Origin: a plasmid
Sequence record: CP132319.1
Direction: 5' to 3' (one strand)
DNA length: 64,000 nt
Shown here: in pieces, positions 1 through 11,143 of the stretch
How positions within the stretch are numbered: position 1 is the stretch's first letter
Layout: every line of letters starts with the position of its first letter
The notes under the pieces: generated by a model
The model's input: the letters and a program-made list of their open reading frames with translations, nothing else
The model's database searches: none
What the model was told of the DNA's origin: nothing
Made by a program: the position numbers and the translations under genes

Positions 1-929
1 GGAAGCCCGATAAAGAGCGCCGACCCCAGCGTGCCGAAGGAAACCGGCTTACCCGGCCGCATGGCGACATCAAGCACGCCGAGCGACCCGCCGCTGCGTG
101 TTAGCGCGTCCCGCACATGATCCTCGCCACCCTTGGACATCCCGCCTGACGTCACGACGATATCGTGCTCCGTAGCAGCGCTGTGAATGATATCGGTGGT
201 CGCCTCAATCGTGTCCGGCGTCGCCCCGAGATCGCGGACTTCAAGCCAGGGATGCGACAGCATGGAGGCGAGAAGGTAGCGGTTGGAATTGTAGATCTGG
301 CCAGCTGCCAGGTGCTCACCCGGCTCTTTCAGTTCAGAGCCTGTTGTGATGAACCCGAGTCGGATCTTTCAAACGATGGAAATCCGAGACAAGCCTGCGG
401 CCGCGAGCAGCGCAATCCGGTGTGCTGTCAGAACCGTCCCGGCCTTGAACAGCAGAGAGTTTTGGTCGACGTCTTCGCCCGCCCTGCGGATGTTCTCGCC
501 TGGGCGGGGCCGGTAGGCGGTGGTGAACTCGCGATCGTGCCGCGAGCATTTTTCACGGATGATCACGGCGTCGAAACCGGCCGGGATCATCGCGCCGGTG
601 AAGATTTCCACGGCCTCAGCACTTTCGAAACTGCGGCTGCTGGCCTGATCTCCGGCTGCCACTCTGTCTGCGACCAGAAAGGTCCAGGGACCACTGCCGG
701 AAAAATCTGCCGAGCGGACCGCAAACCCATCCATCGCCGAATGATCAAAGCGCGGCAAGGCACAGGGCGAGCGGATGTCGGCGGCCACAACTCTTCCCGC
801 AGCAGAGAACAGTTCTAGATTTTCGCTGGCGGTCACGGGCCGACAGAGGCTGATGGCGCGGCTCACCGCATCGGCAACCGACAGCATGGGGCGAGCAGCG
901 TAGGCTGGCCCGCAGTCGAGAGAGTCCAA
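1..929 (-). pseudogene. moeA: molybdopterin molybdotransferase MoeA. The 3' end runs off the window start. One in-frame TGA at 369-371, otherwise intact
   Basis: Minus-strand translation gives MLSVADAVSRAIS...FDHSAMDGFAVR (MoeA N-domain). After the TGA the same frame continues KIRLGFITTGSELKEPGEHLAAGQIYNSNR...VVTSGGMSKGGEDH...AMRPGKPVSFG (MoeA C-domain). The stop aligns with a conserved Arg position (CGA to TGA). Confidence 0.6.
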
Positions 930-1110
930 CTGGACCGAGGTAGAGCGTGACGAGGATGAAGCCCCACTTCATCACGGCCGGTTCTGGATTGTTCCTGAAT
1001 TGATCCCAGGCAACATATGCCGTGCTCAAGCCTGAAAGGACGAACCAGATGAAAAGCAGGTAGTCGATGGGCTGAATAAACACAGTGCACTCCATGTCCG
1101 TGAGAATCAT
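930..1110 (-). CDS. small hydrophobic membrane protein (N-terminal part). ORF 745-1110 runs on into the moeA 5' end in another frame
   Basis: MECTVFIQPIDYLLFIWFVLSGLSTAYVAWDQFRNNPEPAVMKWGFILVTLYLGPV shows two predicted TM helices. The distal part overlaps moeA, so the true end is unclear. Confidence 0.3.
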
Positions 1111-1264
1111 GACATGGAGCGCACCGTACCGATTCCTAGTGTTGGAAGGTCAAGGGCGGCGCCCCTATTTTGGACCCTCCATTTCTTGGACATCCCAACC
1201 CCGTCAAGCCAAAAGGAACCATAGGTACGCCGGTGGAGCGGGGGCAATAGCTTACCGAGGGCTA

Positions 1265-2266
1265 TCAAAATGACAGAAACCGCTTCAAGCTCAAACCCGC
1301 CGACAGAATGTAAGGCGGCATAGCGAGTGAATAGTGACCACAGTTCAATTGCAAAATACTTGGTCTAGCGCCTGCGCAGGTCAGCCTCTGTATTAACCTC
1401 TCCGACAGCTCTGGCAACACCACTTTATCTCTCTTCGCCAGCACAACGTGAAGAATGAGATCCGGTCGTGCCAAACGATCCGCGTAATTCTCGATGTTAA
1501 GTGGCGCCCAGGCTCTCCTGAGATCAGTAAGCTCAATATCCGGTTCAAGGCTCTCTCGAATTGATCGCGTGGCACGGCCGGTCCAAACCATATCCGCGAG
1601 GCTTCCTGCCGCCAGAAACAGCGAGGCCTTAGAAACGGTCGCGTCGTGCGCCGCGATGAGGCCTGCGACCCAGGAGCCCAGGCTCATACCGAGAACAGAA
1701 ATCTCTCTGTAGCCTTCACTCTTTAACCAACGAATGAGTTTGCGCCCATCCCATACCCCCTGCCTTATCGATTGGATCGTTCGACCGAGATTCGCGCTAA
1801 GCATGTAGTCGGCGTGCGTGGACCCCGGACGGCTGCGCTCGAGGTGATACGGCATAGCAATTTCCACAACCGTTATGCCTCGCTTGGAAAAGAACCTAGC
1901 AAGCTGATTATTCCGCGCACTTGCATTCCAATGGTGAAAAACCACCATCGCTCGGTCGAGCGATCCACTCTCGGTGATCCTCGCCCAAACGACATTATTC
2001 TCGTCGATGTCGGTCAGGGTGTCCGATGGAAACTTGAGCCATCCATCTCGCCGTTTAAAACCTTGATCGCTCCTAGTCGGCTCATCGAAGAAAGTCTGAT
2101 CAGCCACGGCTTGGTCGGCGAGAAGACAAAACTCCTCGATACTCCCGATCTTCGCAGCGCCTGAAAAGGCCCGTTCCGCGTCGAGCGCGAAAACCGTTGC
2201 TTTCTTGCCTTCCTCACCGCGCTTTGCCCGCCGCTCATCCCAACGATCAAGCCAATTATGAAACAT
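1265..2266 (-). CDS. alpha/beta-fold hydrolase
   Basis: 333-aa ORF with GMSLGS nucleophile elbow (GxSxG) and downstream acid/His-type residues. Confidence 0.7.
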   Translation of the reverse strand: MFHNWLDRWDERRAKRGEEGKKATVFALDAERAFSGAAKIGSIEEFCLLADQAVADQTFFDEPTRSDQGFKRRDGWLKFPSDTLTDIDENNVVWARITESGSLDRAMVVFHHWNASARNNQLARFFSKRGITVVEIAMPYHLERSRPGSTHADYMLSANLGRTIQSIRQGVWDGRKLIRWLKSEGYREISVLGMSLGSWVAGLIAAHDATVSKASLFLAAGSLADMVWTGRATRSIRESLEPDIELTDLRRAWAPLNIENYADRLARPDLILHVVLAKRDKVVLPELSERLIQRLTCAGARPSILQLNCGHYSLAMPPYILSAGLSLKRFLSF

Positions 2267-3968
2267 TCAGATTGGTCCCTACTTCACTCGCCCGCCAACG
2301 GCCGAACGCCGGATCAAACAGGCCGTAAAGCGCAAGAAGCACTCCAAGGCCCAAAAGGATCGAAAAACCAGAAAAAGCACCGATCAACAAGTAGCCTGCA
2401 ACGAGCAACGCTACGACCGTCGACATCTTCCACAAAGGTACACGAAACCGGTTTCCGGTACCCAAACCGATGGCGCCAAACAAAAAAACGATGCAGGTGG
2501 AAATAACGACAAGAAGGCTGCTGTAGTGCGTCGGCATTCTATAGCCGATCGTGCCGCTCAGATTGTCGAGCCCAAAAATAGCCGCTGACATATCTCTGAT
2601 CAACCAAGCCGCAATATTCTCGCCGGCCGACGTCAGGTACGAGCTTTGGCCCTTCATGCATATGGCGACCAAAATCCCCAAAACAGTACACCTGAAAATT
2701 CCCCGGATCAGGGTCAGTCCGACTTCGTTGAGCTGGGATCGGCAATCCACCTCAGGTCGCGTTTCCAGTTTCTTTCTGATTTTGCAAAAATCATAAGCGA
2801 TCGTGTAAAGCAAAATGAGGCCTGCAAAGAAAATATAGAAAGAGATCGCCATGTACAAATATGCAATCCCTGTGAATAGCATCGCCTCCGGCACTGATAT
2901 GACATCAGGGCGCACGATCGCTAATTTTCCCCAGTCCATGGCATATTCGCCGCCGCCTTTCATTAGCGGGATCAAACACACTTCGATCCACTGAACAATC
3001 CCAGCGAATACAAAGCAAACCAGAAAAACCGCCCAATAGGTAGAGGAAGAGCTTTCTACGTTGCGCGCCCAAGCATCGTGGGAGTCCGTCCCGTCGGCCT
3101 GCGCGACAAGCTTCAGACGCCCCTCGAATTTCCAGAAGGCCAGAAGCTCTATCACGAACACGAAGAATAGTGGCAGGAACACCATGAAGACGAATGTCCA
3201 ATTTGGCGCCCAGAGAAACCCGACCTGCTTAACGACCCCGTCCATTCGGTCGTAACTCGCGCTGTGAACCCCCGTAACATAGGACAAAAACCCAAGAGCG
3301 GTGGCGCCCGCAAACACCGCCGCTGGCAAATTCAAGGGAGAGCCGGAGCTAAAAAGCGCCTCTGATCTCATCGCCAAACCCAAACGCCGAACTGGCGTCT
3401 TGGCGTCCGCATCCCCTGCCAACCCTACCGAGGGCATCGTCTCATCAGGGGCGGTCGCATTTTGTGCTATATCTGGGGCTTCCGGTGCAACGCTGCTTCC
3501 GGCTTTCCTCCCGTCTCGCCTCTTGGCCGTTAATCGAGATTGGGCCTCACTCAACTCCATCTGCCATTCGCTGGTTGCGACCGGATCATCGCACCCAAAA
3601 ATCCTTGCCAGCCAACGAATGTTGGCGGTGCTGATTCCCTTGTCGTTCTCTTGAAACCAAAGTTGCACCGTGCGCAGGTCGATCCCAATCCGGTTGGCAT
3701 TAATCTGTGAAATCGCCTCTGCAAGTAGCTCCGGCGTCCATGGTCCTGCTGGAAATCCATCGCTGCCAAGCGGCCGTCCCGCTCCGGCCGCGGCCGTTCG
3801 TTTGAATAGTTCTTTGAAATCACTCCCGTCCTTCGGCGGAGGGAGAAAAAACTTTCCGTTGTTCAACAAAGACTTAGTGGCTCGCGTTTCGTTTCGTTTC
3901 GCTAGATTTCGTATCTTGTCGTGCCTTCGTTCCCAAATAGAGGCCTGTTCCCCCCGCAACAGACCCAC
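2256..3968 (-). CDS. hypothetical protein: N-terminal HTH-like cytoplasmic domain fused to a multipass membrane domain (about 8 TM)
   Basis: 570-aa ORF. The N-terminal 120 aa is hydrophilic with an HTH-like stretch IGIDLRTVQLWFQENDKGISTANIRWLARIFG. A long Ala/Pro/Asp linker follows, then several hydrophobic helices. Confidence 0.5.
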   Translation of the reverse strand: MGLLRGEQASIWERRHDKIRNLAKRNETRATKSLLNNGKFFLPPPKDGSDFKELFKRTAAAGAGRPLGSDGFPAGPWTPELLAEAISQINANRIGIDLRTVQLWFQENDKGISTANIRWLARIFGCDDPVATSEWQMELSEAQSRLTAKRRDGRKAGSSVAPEAPDIAQNATAPDETMPSVGLAGDADAKTPVRRLGLAMRSEALFSSGSPLNLPAAVFAGATALGFLSYVTGVHSASYDRMDGVVKQVGFLWAPNWTFVFMVFLPLFFVFVIELLAFWKFEGRLKLVAQADGTDSHDAWARNVESSSSTYWAVFLVCFVFAGIVQWIEVCLIPLMKGGGEYAMDWGKLAIVRPDVISVPEAMLFTGIAYLYMAISFYIFFAGLILLYTIAYDFCKIRKKLETRPEVDCRSQLNEVGLTLIRGIFRCTVLGILVAICMKGQSSYLTSAGENIAAWLIRDMSAAIFGLDNLSGTIGYRMPTHYSSLLVVISTCIVFLFGAIGLGTGNRFRVPLWKMSTVVALLVAGYLLIGAFSGFSILLGLGVLLALYGLFDPAFGRWRASEVGTNLNVS

Positions 3969-4114
3969 GATTACGCAGGCTGTTTTCGGTCGACGGTCAT
4001 TTGTTTCGATGAACCCCCCTCAACCGATCATGCGGCGCGCCGCGGTACTTGGCAGCCGATTGTGTTTTCTCGTGGTCCAACGCGTGTGTGGAAATTCGAG
4101 ACGGTGTCATTATT

Positions 4115-4885
4115 ATGGAACGAAATATGGGCAAGCCTTTGCGTGGTCAGACAGTCCTGGTCACCGGCGCGTCGGGCGGCATAGGGGCGGCAATCGTGGA
4201 GCGCCTCGCCTCGGAGGGTGCGCGGCCAATCATCCACTATTGCCAGGACGAGGATGCGGCGGAGACACTATTGGCCCGTATTGGTGGCGACGGCTTGATG
4301 GTGCAAGCCGATCTTTCGACTTCGGAGGGGCCATGCACATTGTGGCGGAAAGCGGTTGCTTTCGCGGGACGTATTCACGGTGTCATTAACAATGCGGGTA
4401 TCCGTACCGAAATTCCGATAGAGAATTCAGCCGCGGCCTGGAAGGCCGCATGGCAAATGGAGTTTCAACTCAATCTCTTTGCTGCGGCCGATCTCTGTAG
4501 GGAGGCGATCAGGCATTTTCGAACCGAGGGTGGTGGGCGCATCATTAACATGGCAGGCCAAGCCGGTCAGCGTGGCTCCGCCGCCGACATACTGCCTCAT
4601 GGCGCGACCAAGGCCGCGCTCATCAATCTCACCAAATCCATCGCCTCAAGCTTCGCTCGTGAGGGGGTGATAGCGGTGTCTATCGCACCTGGCCTCGTCC
4701 GAACGGAGATGGCAGAGAAATACATCGCCGCCCATGACAAGGGAGAAGCTGTAGGGGACATTCCAATAGGGGATATGGCCGAAGCATCCGAAATAGCTGA
4801 ACTTGTCGCGTTTTTGTTGCGTCACTCTCAGGAGTCGCTCAACGGTGCCACCCTCGATGTCAATGGCGGCAGCTATATTCGCTAA
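4115..4885 (+). CDS. short-chain dehydrogenase/reductase (SDR) family oxidoreductase
   Basis: TGASGGIGAAIV Rossmann motif, NAG motif and a ...ATKAAL.. active-site region. Start chosen at MERNMGKPL within ORF 4049-4885. Confidence 0.8.
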   Translation: MERNMGKPLRGQTVLVTGASGGIGAAIVERLASEGARPIIHYCQDEDAAETLLARIGGDGLMVQADLSTSEGPCTLWRKAVAFAGRIHGVINNAGIRTEIPIENSAAAWKAAWQMEFQLNLFAAADLCREAIRHFRTEGGGRIINMAGQAGQRGSAADILPHGATKAALINLTKSIASSFAREGVIAVSIAPGLVRTEMAEKYIAAHDKGEAVGDIPIGDMAEASEIAELVAFLLRHSQESLNGATLDVNGGSYIR

Positions 4886-4935
4886 CCCGGGATAGCAACC
4901 AGAAGCAGTTTCAGCAAATCCGCGTGAAGCCGAAA

Positions 4936-7059
4936 TCATTCATCGGCAAGCGCGAGCGTGACCTCTTTCCGGACCTTTTTCGCCGCCCGCTTCTTCGCGG
5001 GAGAGCTTTTGAATATGGTCAAGATCTTCTCGATAGATTGGTCTGCCCCGGCCTTTCGTAGAGCGCTTGCGTCCAACGCCGATTTAAAGTCTGGAGCTGG
5101 ACTTGTGCAGGACGGGTCGCTGTTCTGGCCGGGGCGCGGGGTCTCATTGGCACCCTCGGGCAGTTCATGAAATTGCTCGGGTTGCAATTGACTCGGCGGC
5201 TTCCTGAGAACCGCCGAGCTATTCGCAGCAAATTTTGCTCCGGGTATCGATATGATCTGCGAAGCGCTGACAGGAGACGGCCCAGCCTCTGGTACTTCGA
5301 ACTCGAAATTGCCAACGCCTTCAACCGACGTTTCCTTTGATGGCGCTCGCATCTGCAGCCATGCGCGCTTCGTAAGCTCCTTATCAGCATAATAGAAATT
5401 CCGTACGCCCAATATCGGCTGCTGATTTCGGAGCTTGATGATGCATCGTGTCTCGTTCATCGAACCCAATTCATCGGGGCGCATCAGGGGCCGCATCGCA
5501 GTCTTGTGGGACATCGTGGCACCCTTGCGATCGAACAGAGTCACGCCGGTCGAAACGGCCTTATCGACCGTAACTTCCTTCCGCTCGCCGAGCAGCTGGG
5601 ACACGTAGCGCTGATCCTCCGGGTCTTGCGCGCCGAGGAAGATCTGAGCGCGCGCCGAATTGACGAGGGCCTGCCGTCCCTCGCGGGTATAGACGTTGTC
5701 GATCGACCGCAGGGACTGGACGAAGAACCAGCAGGGAATGCCATAGCCACCGAGAACGGTAGCAACAGTGAGGGCATTTTCCAGCTTGCCCAGGTTTTGG
5801 AATTCATCGAGCAGGACCAGCACGCGCCGCTCGCCGCGCTTCATCATGTTGCGCGACATGTAGTCCATGAACTGGACCATGAGCACATTAAAGATCGGCC
5901 CGATCGAGGCGATCTGCTGGATGCGGAAATCCAGATAGAGGCTCATATTCTCGCGGCGCATCGCGCGGATGTCGAAGGTCGACCGCGCCGTCGCGCGCAG
6001 GATGCGATTGTTCTTGAACGGCCGCACCGCTGCGGCCAGCGACCCGTAGATACCATCGAACTGCTTGCTGGCCATGACGGCGAAGCGGGCGAGGGTGGTA
6101 TAGGTGAAGGAACTGATCCAAGTTTCGCGAAGCTCCGGATTGGCGACTTCCTCAAGCCATTCGCGGAGTGGCTGATCGCCACCCTCCACGACATTGAGGA
6201 CCGTGCCGAGATTCTTGTCCTTGTCGAGAATATCGGGGTTTTCCAATACCCAGGACGTGACGCCGGCGAACAGCGCACGGGCGTCGGAGATCCAATAGGC
6301 ATCGCCCTTGGGCGTCGGCAACAGCGCCATCGCGATCGAGTTGATGTCGATATCGCGTTGATCAGGATCGATGGCGACGAAGTCGAGCGGATTATAGCAT
6401 TCGGTATCGCCATTCTCGTCGGCTGGCGAGAAACGCAGGACGCGGGAGAATTTCGAGCGGAAGCCGGCCGTCGCCTCATAGGTCTCGCCGCGCATGTCGA
6501 GCACGACGATGCTGTCCGGCCATAGCAGGCAATTCGGCACGATGAGCGACGCGCCCTTGCCTGACCGGGGCGGGCCGATGACGAAGCCGCCTACGTCGTC
6601 GCCGTCGATCCAGAGCTTCTTGCCGCCGAACAGCATCGGTTTCAAGAACCGTCGCCGGCCAGAGCCGCGCTGGGTGAAGCCGCCCGGCACCTTGATCAGG
6701 CTGCCGCCGATCCGGCCGACGAACACACCGCCGGTGCGCGTCAGGCCGAGGGCGCGGGCTTCCAGCGGGCCGAGGAACCGGGCATCCGTCGATTTCTTCT
6801 TGCCGGTCATCGCGGTGACGAGCATGGCGCCGCCGGCGAGGAGGCCTGCCGCCGTCGCTATCGCCGGCCGATGCCAGTCGCCGGCGGCGATATCGAGCCG
6901 CGCGGCCCGATAGGACGCCAGCATATCGTCCTGCAGCGCCTGGAACATCCATGTCGAATCGTCGAAGGCATAGCAGAGGCCGGCATAGGCGAGCGAGGCA
7001 ACGAACGCCGCCGCCGCTGCGGCGATGATCAGCCCGAACAGCAGGATCGCTGGGTTCAT
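4936..7059 (-). CDS. virD4: type IV secretion coupling protein VirD4/TraG
   Basis: 707 aa, N-terminal TM segments, Walker A GPPRSGKGASLIVPN, TraG/VirD4 core. Overlaps the virB11 stop by 4 nt. Confidence 0.9.
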   Translation of the reverse strand: MNPAILLFGLIIAAAAAAFVASLAYAGLCYAFDDSTWMFQALQDDMLASYRAARLDIAAGDWHRPAIATAAGLLAGGAMLVTAMTGKKKSTDARFLGPLEARALGLTRTGGVFVGRIGGSLIKVPGGFTQRGSGRRRFLKPMLFGGKKLWIDGDDVGGFVIGPPRSGKGASLIVPNCLLWPDSIVVLDMRGETYEATAGFRSKFSRVLRFSPADENGDTECYNPLDFVAIDPDQRDIDINSIAMALLPTPKGDAYWISDARALFAGVTSWVLENPDILDKDKNLGTVLNVVEGGDQPLREWLEEVANPELRETWISSFTYTTLARFAVMASKQFDGIYGSLAAAVRPFKNNRILRATARSTFDIRAMRRENMSLYLDFRIQQIASIGPIFNVLMVQFMDYMSRNMMKRGERRVLVLLDEFQNLGKLENALTVATVLGGYGIPCWFFVQSLRSIDNVYTREGRQALVNSARAQIFLGAQDPEDQRYVSQLLGERKEVTVDKAVSTGVTLFDRKGATMSHKTAMRPLMRPDELGSMNETRCIIKLRNQQPILGVRNFYYADKELTKRAWLQMRAPSKETSVEGVGNFEFEVPEAGPSPVSASQIISIPGAKFAANSSAVLRKPPSQLQPEQFHELPEGANETPRPGQNSDPSCTSPAPDFKSALDASALRKAGADQSIEKILTIFKSSPAKKRAAKKVRKEVTLALADE

Positions 7060-8054
7060 AACGTGTCCGCCTTGGTGAAGACGATTTCCGAGACGACGCG
7101 GCGACCGTCCGTTAGTCGCTCGAGCTGAACGACAATGGGAATGACTTCTTTCAGGTAGTCGATGATCTCCTGCTTTCTTAGCGTGACGCCGCTCTGTAGC
7201 ACCATCAGCGCCAGGCGGTCGTATGCATCTCGCGCGCTGTTTGCGTGGACCGTCGTGAGGGAACCGGGATGACCTGTATTGATCGCCTGCAGGAAGGAGA
7301 ATGCCTCTTCACCCCGAAGCTCTCCCAACATTACGCGGTCCGGACGCATGCGCAACGAAGCTTCCAGCAACTCCTGCGGCGTGACTTTGGCGCGCCCCTG
7401 ATCGCCCTTTGACGCAATCAGGGCAACCGTGTTCGGGGTGATCGGCCTGAGCTCTCGTGTATCTTCTATCGTCACGATGCGTTCCTCCTCCGGCACTTCT
7501 TTCAGCAGTGCATTGAGGAATGTGGATTTGCCCGTTGAGGTGCCACCGGACACCGCGATCGAAACGCGCGAGCGCACGGCCGTCCGAAGAAACTGCAGGA
7601 CGTCGACATCCCCCTTCATCATGGCAGCAAGCTGTTCCTCTGCTGCTGAGAGCGTGAGTTGCCGACCGACCTTAGTGTCATCGAAGGCACCACGGCTCTT
7701 ATAGATATCCAGGCCGATATCGTGGATCACCTGCTTGCGGATCGAGATCGCGCCTCCATCGGGCGCGGCCGGCGGCAGCACGCACTGGAAGCGTTCGCCT
7801 GTCGGCAGGGACGCAGACAACATGGGCCGTTCATCGTTTACGACCTGATTGGTGGAGCCGGCGACGCGTTCGCTCAGCGTCCGTATCCATTCGGCAGAGA
7901 ACTGCGTGTCGACGACACGCTCCATGCCAGCGACGCCAAGGCGTTCGACGAACAGTTCGCCGGGGCGGTTCACCGAGATTTCCGAGACGCGCTCATCCGA
8001 AAGAAACGGCTTCAGCCGCTCCAGTGCTTTGTCGAGGAACGGAAACTGCTTCAT
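7056..8054 (-). CDS. virB11: T4SS ATPase VirB11
   Basis: 332 aa, Walker A GGTSTGKSTFLNAL, VirB11/TrbB hexameric ATPase signature. Confidence 0.9.
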   Translation of the reverse strand: MKQFPFLDKALERLKPFLSDERVSEISVNRPGELFVERLGVAGMERVVDTQFSAEWIRTLSERVAGSTNQVVNDERPMLSASLPTGERFQCVLPPAAPDGGAISIRKQVIHDIGLDIYKSRGAFDDTKVGRQLTLSAAEEQLAAMMKGDVDVLQFLRTAVRSRVSIAVSGGTSTGKSTFLNALLKEVPEEERIVTIEDTRELRPITPNTVALIASKGDQGRAKVTPQELLEASLRMRPDRVMLGELRGEEAFSFLQAINTGHPGSLTTVHANSARDAYDRLALMVLQSGVTLRKQEIIDYLKEVIPIVVQLERLTDGRRVVSEIVFTKADTL

Positions 8055-9472
8055 TTGTAGACCGGCGCGACTGGATAGTAGGGCGTCGGATCGACGTTGC
8101 GCCGGATTTGTCCACCGCGCTTCAGCCGCATCATCTCCTGCCGGACCGGATCAGCGTAGAAGGCGGAGAAATCGAGATCGCGTCGCAGATAGACGATGAT
8201 CGACTCGCCCTGGGCGACATAGATCGTCGGCGGGATTTTCGAACTTTCCTTGAACGCCTCGTTGGCGATGTCCTGCAGGATGGCCGATGATTTCTCGGCG
8301 GCAATCGAACGGGCTTCGGCGGCGGTGCGGCTCGGCTCGGTGGTGATCGTCGTCACCACGCCGGTGATCGGATCGACGGTCGAGATCGAGCGGGCGCTTT
8401 CCGTGGCGGTGTCGCCGAGCGCCGAGACATATTCCGCCGCGCCGCCTATCACCGACAGCATGATCGCGGAACCGAAGCGCTCCCAGAAATGCGTGTCGAT
8501 CTCGCCGGTCAGCCCGGCGCGGCCGAGACGGTCGGCGCCGGGCGAGGCGATCTCGGCGGAAAGGCCGTCGGAGCGAATGACACGCGACCAGACGACGAAG
8601 ATGCGCTTCTGCCCCCGCGCCGGGCCGGACTTGTATTCCCCTATCAGGCGGGAGCCCTTCGGAATGAGGATGCGAGCGCCATCGAGCGAACGGACGTCCT
8701 CGCGCACGACGGCGCGCACCATGCCCGGCAGGTCCGTGTTGATCGCTGTCTCCAGGAACCCTCGAATCATCGTGCCCTGGGCGACGAGCGCGTCGGTCCG
8801 GTCGAAGCGTGTTGCCTTGACGATGCCGGCGGTCTGCTTTTCCGACTGCGCGAGGAACGCCTTGTTGGCGTCGCTCTCCGCGCCGGGAACCGCGACAAGC
8901 TGACCCTCATCGGCGATCGTCACCGACTGGTCTCCGGCCGACAGGCTTTCGCGGCCGGAACCGTCGACGATGATCTGTTCAGAGCGCAGCCGTTCCCAGC
9001 GCGCCTTCTCTTCATCTTCCAGGCGTTTGGCCTCCAGCGCGGCAAGCCTCGCATCCTCTTCGGCACGCCGGCGCGCTTCTTCCGCCCGAAGCCGCTCCTC
9101 CTCGGCGCGACGACGCGCCTCTTCGATCTGGTGCAACTTTTCGAGATCGTCACCCTGATTGACGGTGACGTCGACAGTAGCGGAGTCCACCGGCTTCTTC
9201 TCTTCGACCGGAATCTGCACCAGGTTCGGATCGGCCGCCTGTTTCACCGGCTCGTCGGGGAAATCGCGGATGCTGGAGTTCGACGTCTCGAAGGTCTCGC
9301 CGGTGCCCTCAGTCAGATTGGAGGTCTGCGGGCCGGTCGGCCAGTTAACATAGGCGAGGATGCCGGCGCCGACGACAAGCAGGAGAGGGAGGGCGAGCTT
9401 GCCCAAGCGACCGTTGCGGTCGCTCGCCACGCTGCTTTGCCCGTCGAGGTGGTCGAAATCGATCTTGCTCAT
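8051..9472 (-). CDS. virB10: T4SS protein VirB10
   Basis: 473 aa: N-terminal TM helix, Pro-rich stretch, Glu/Arg-rich coiled coil ([23 protein letters not shown]), C-terminal TrbI/VirB10 beta-barrel domain. Confidence 0.9.
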   Translation of the reverse strand: MSKIDFDHLDGQSSVASDRNGRLGKLALPLLLVVGAGILAYVNWPTGPQTSNLTEGTGETFETSNSSIRDFPDEPVKQAADPNLVQIPVEEKKPVDSATVDVTVNQGDDLEKLHQIEEARRRAEEERLRAEEARRRAEEDARLAALEAKRLEDEEKARWERLRSEQIIVDGSGRESLSAGDQSVTIADEGQLVAVPGAESDANKAFLAQSEKQTAGIVKATRFDRTDALVAQGTMIRGFLETAINTDLPGMVRAVVREDVRSLDGARILIPKGSRLIGEYKSGPARGQKRIFVVWSRVIRSDGLSAEIASPGADRLGRAGLTGEIDTHFWERFGSAIMLSVIGGAAEYVSALGDTATESARSISTVDPITGVVTTITTEPSRTAAEARSIAAEKSSAILQDIANEAFKESSKIPPTIYVAQGESIIVYLRRDLDFSAFYADPVRQEMMRLKRGGQIRRNVDPTPYYPVAPVYK

Positions 9473-10251
9473 CGCTGGCGCTCCTCTTTGCTGCCGAGGC
9501 GCTTCGGCCCGTAGGCGTCTTCGATGAGATCGAAGGATTGGCGATTGGCCTGCCGATTATAGAGGCACAGCCACTTGTCGCCGGCGCGCAGCGTGAACTG
9601 CGCCGCGATCTTGTCGACCACCACGTATTTGCCCTGGGTGCGCAGGTTGACGAGCGATTCCTGACGCTTGCCCTCGACGACGAAAATGGCGGGGATTTCG
9701 TCGGGGAATTCCAGATACATATGCGTGCCGTCGTCGAAAGCGACACGCGGCTTCAGGCTGGTATCGCCCTTGAACACATAGTCGTAGTTCAGACGGCCTG
9801 GATCGAGATCCTTGAGCAGCGGATCCTTGGCGCTTTCCTGTGCGGCGGCCAGCAGCCGCGCGTTGACGTCCTCGTCCGGATATTTGAACCGCACCTGGAA
9901 TGCCGCGCGCAGGTCGGCCGCCGCCGAGCCTTTCAGCAGCAAGGCATAAACGCGCTGGTTGGTGACGATGTTGACGTTCGTTTCGGCATTCTCGCGCAAC
10001 GGCTTCACGAACAGGATGCCGGAGCCCTTCTTGGGGACGATCGACCAGCTGGCCGTGTCGCCGGCCGAGATCGTCTCGATCACCTCGGAGCTGCCGAGCT
10101 GGATCATCGTCGAGACGCCAAGCCCCGCCGGCACGGTCACGACGGAATTATTGTTGAAGGTGATGTAGCGGATGCGAGGATCGGCCGCCGTGGATGTGAT
10201 CGCTGTGACGAGCAGCGCGAGCGTTGCGAGAGCAAGGAAGGATTTCCGCAT
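9469..10251 (-). CDS. virB9: T4SS protein VirB9
   Basis: 260 aa from internal ATG ([14 protein letters not shown] signal peptide). ATGA overlap with the virB8 stop. CagX/VirB9-like domain. Confidence 0.85.
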   Translation of the reverse strand: MRKSFLALATLALLVTAITSTAADPRIRYITFNNNSVVTVPAGLGVSTMIQLGSSEVIETISAGDTASWSIVPKKGSGILFVKPLRENAETNVNIVTNQRVYALLLKGSAAADLRAAFQVRFKYPDEDVNARLLAAAQESAKDPLLKDLDPGRLNYDYVFKGDTSLKPRVAFDDGTHMYLEFPDEIPAIFVVEGKRQESLVNLRTQGKYVVVDKIAAQFTLRAGDKWLCLYNRQANRQSFDLIEDAYGPKRLGSKEERQR

Positions 10252-10985
10252 CAGCGTGCCGCCTTGTCCGCCGGCAGGACTTCGGGCAGCGATTCCTGGT
10301 CGCGCCTGTATTCGACGACCTGAAAGCCGAGAGGATTGTCGAAGCGATATTCGTTCTTCAGCGGCGCCGTCGTATAGCGGAAGCGGACCACCGAGACCCA
10401 GTGCTCGCGGCGAAGGGTGTTGTCGCGCCGCGTCTCCGTCGAAAAGCGCACGGTCGCCGTGGAGGCGTTGAGGAACGAGACCGACTTGATGGTGACAGCG
10501 ATGCGCGTGTCGCGGCCGAGCACCTTGTCCTTCGACTGCGGGTTCGACGGCTCGAACTCGTGTCGCAAGTCCGCCGAGGCCTGACCCGTCGAATAGAGTT
10601 GGGCGAGATCGTAATTGTCCTTCAGTGCCCGAGGATCGTAGGTCTCGCGCGCGCGGATGTAGCGCACGATGTTCGCCGTCTTGATCGCGTCGTTTTCGGA
10701 AAGCTTGCTCTCGTTCAGGGACCGGGCGACCTCGACGAAGCCGGTGGTCTTGTCGGCGATCACCACCACGGCCTCGAATTGCTTCAGAGGAACGAGAAGG
10801 TTGAGGGCCGAGAGGCTGAGCATCGTGGAGATGCCGGCGACTGTCGCAACCGTCCAGGCAATTTTCCGTGAGCGGCGCTCCTTGCGATAAAGCTCCGCCT
10901 CCCAAGAGGCGCCGGCTTTCCAGTAGGCGGTCAGGTCGATCGGCGGAGTTTCGGGTGTGTGTTCGGTTGGATCTGCGTTGCTCAT
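10251..10985 (-). CDS. virB8: T4SS protein VirB8
   Basis: 244 aa, single N-terminal TM helix and NTF2-like periplasmic domain typical of VirB8. Confidence 0.85.
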   Translation of the reverse strand: MSNADPTEHTPETPPIDLTAYWKAGASWEAELYRKERRSRKIAWTVATVAGISTMLSLSALNLLVPLKQFEAVVVIADKTTGFVEVARSLNESKLSENDAIKTANIVRYIRARETYDPRALKDNYDLAQLYSTGQASADLRHEFEPSNPQSKDKVLGRDTRIAVTIKSVSFLNASTATVRFSTETRRDNTLRREHWVSVVRFRYTTAPLKNEYRFDNPLGFQVVEYRRDQESLPEVLPADKAAR

Positions 10986-11020
10986 TTGGGCTTCCGATAA
11001 ACCGCCAAGTACGACGGAAT

Positions 11021-11033
11021 TAAATATAGTTTA
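11021..11033. promoter_or_regulatory. degenerate copy of the TAAACTATAGTTTA palindrome (TAAATATAGTTTA) in the virB8-upstream intergenic region
   Basis: Direct sequence comparison with the perfect palindrome at 51276-51289. Confidence 0.35.
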
Positions 11034-11143
11034 TTCGTCAGGCCGAGCGATCACCTCTACCGGCCAAATCGGTGCTGAGGTGAGGGCTGGTTTGCCTGGA
11101 TTACTGGAGCGCGTTCAGCTCCGTGGCGCAGTCGTCCGAAGAG

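Noticed and set aside
5506-6525. 339-aa plus-strand ORF antisense to virD4
   Set aside because: Asp/Glu/Arg/His-rich low-complexity translation typical of antisense frames in >60% GC DNA. The opposite strand encodes a well-supported VirD4.
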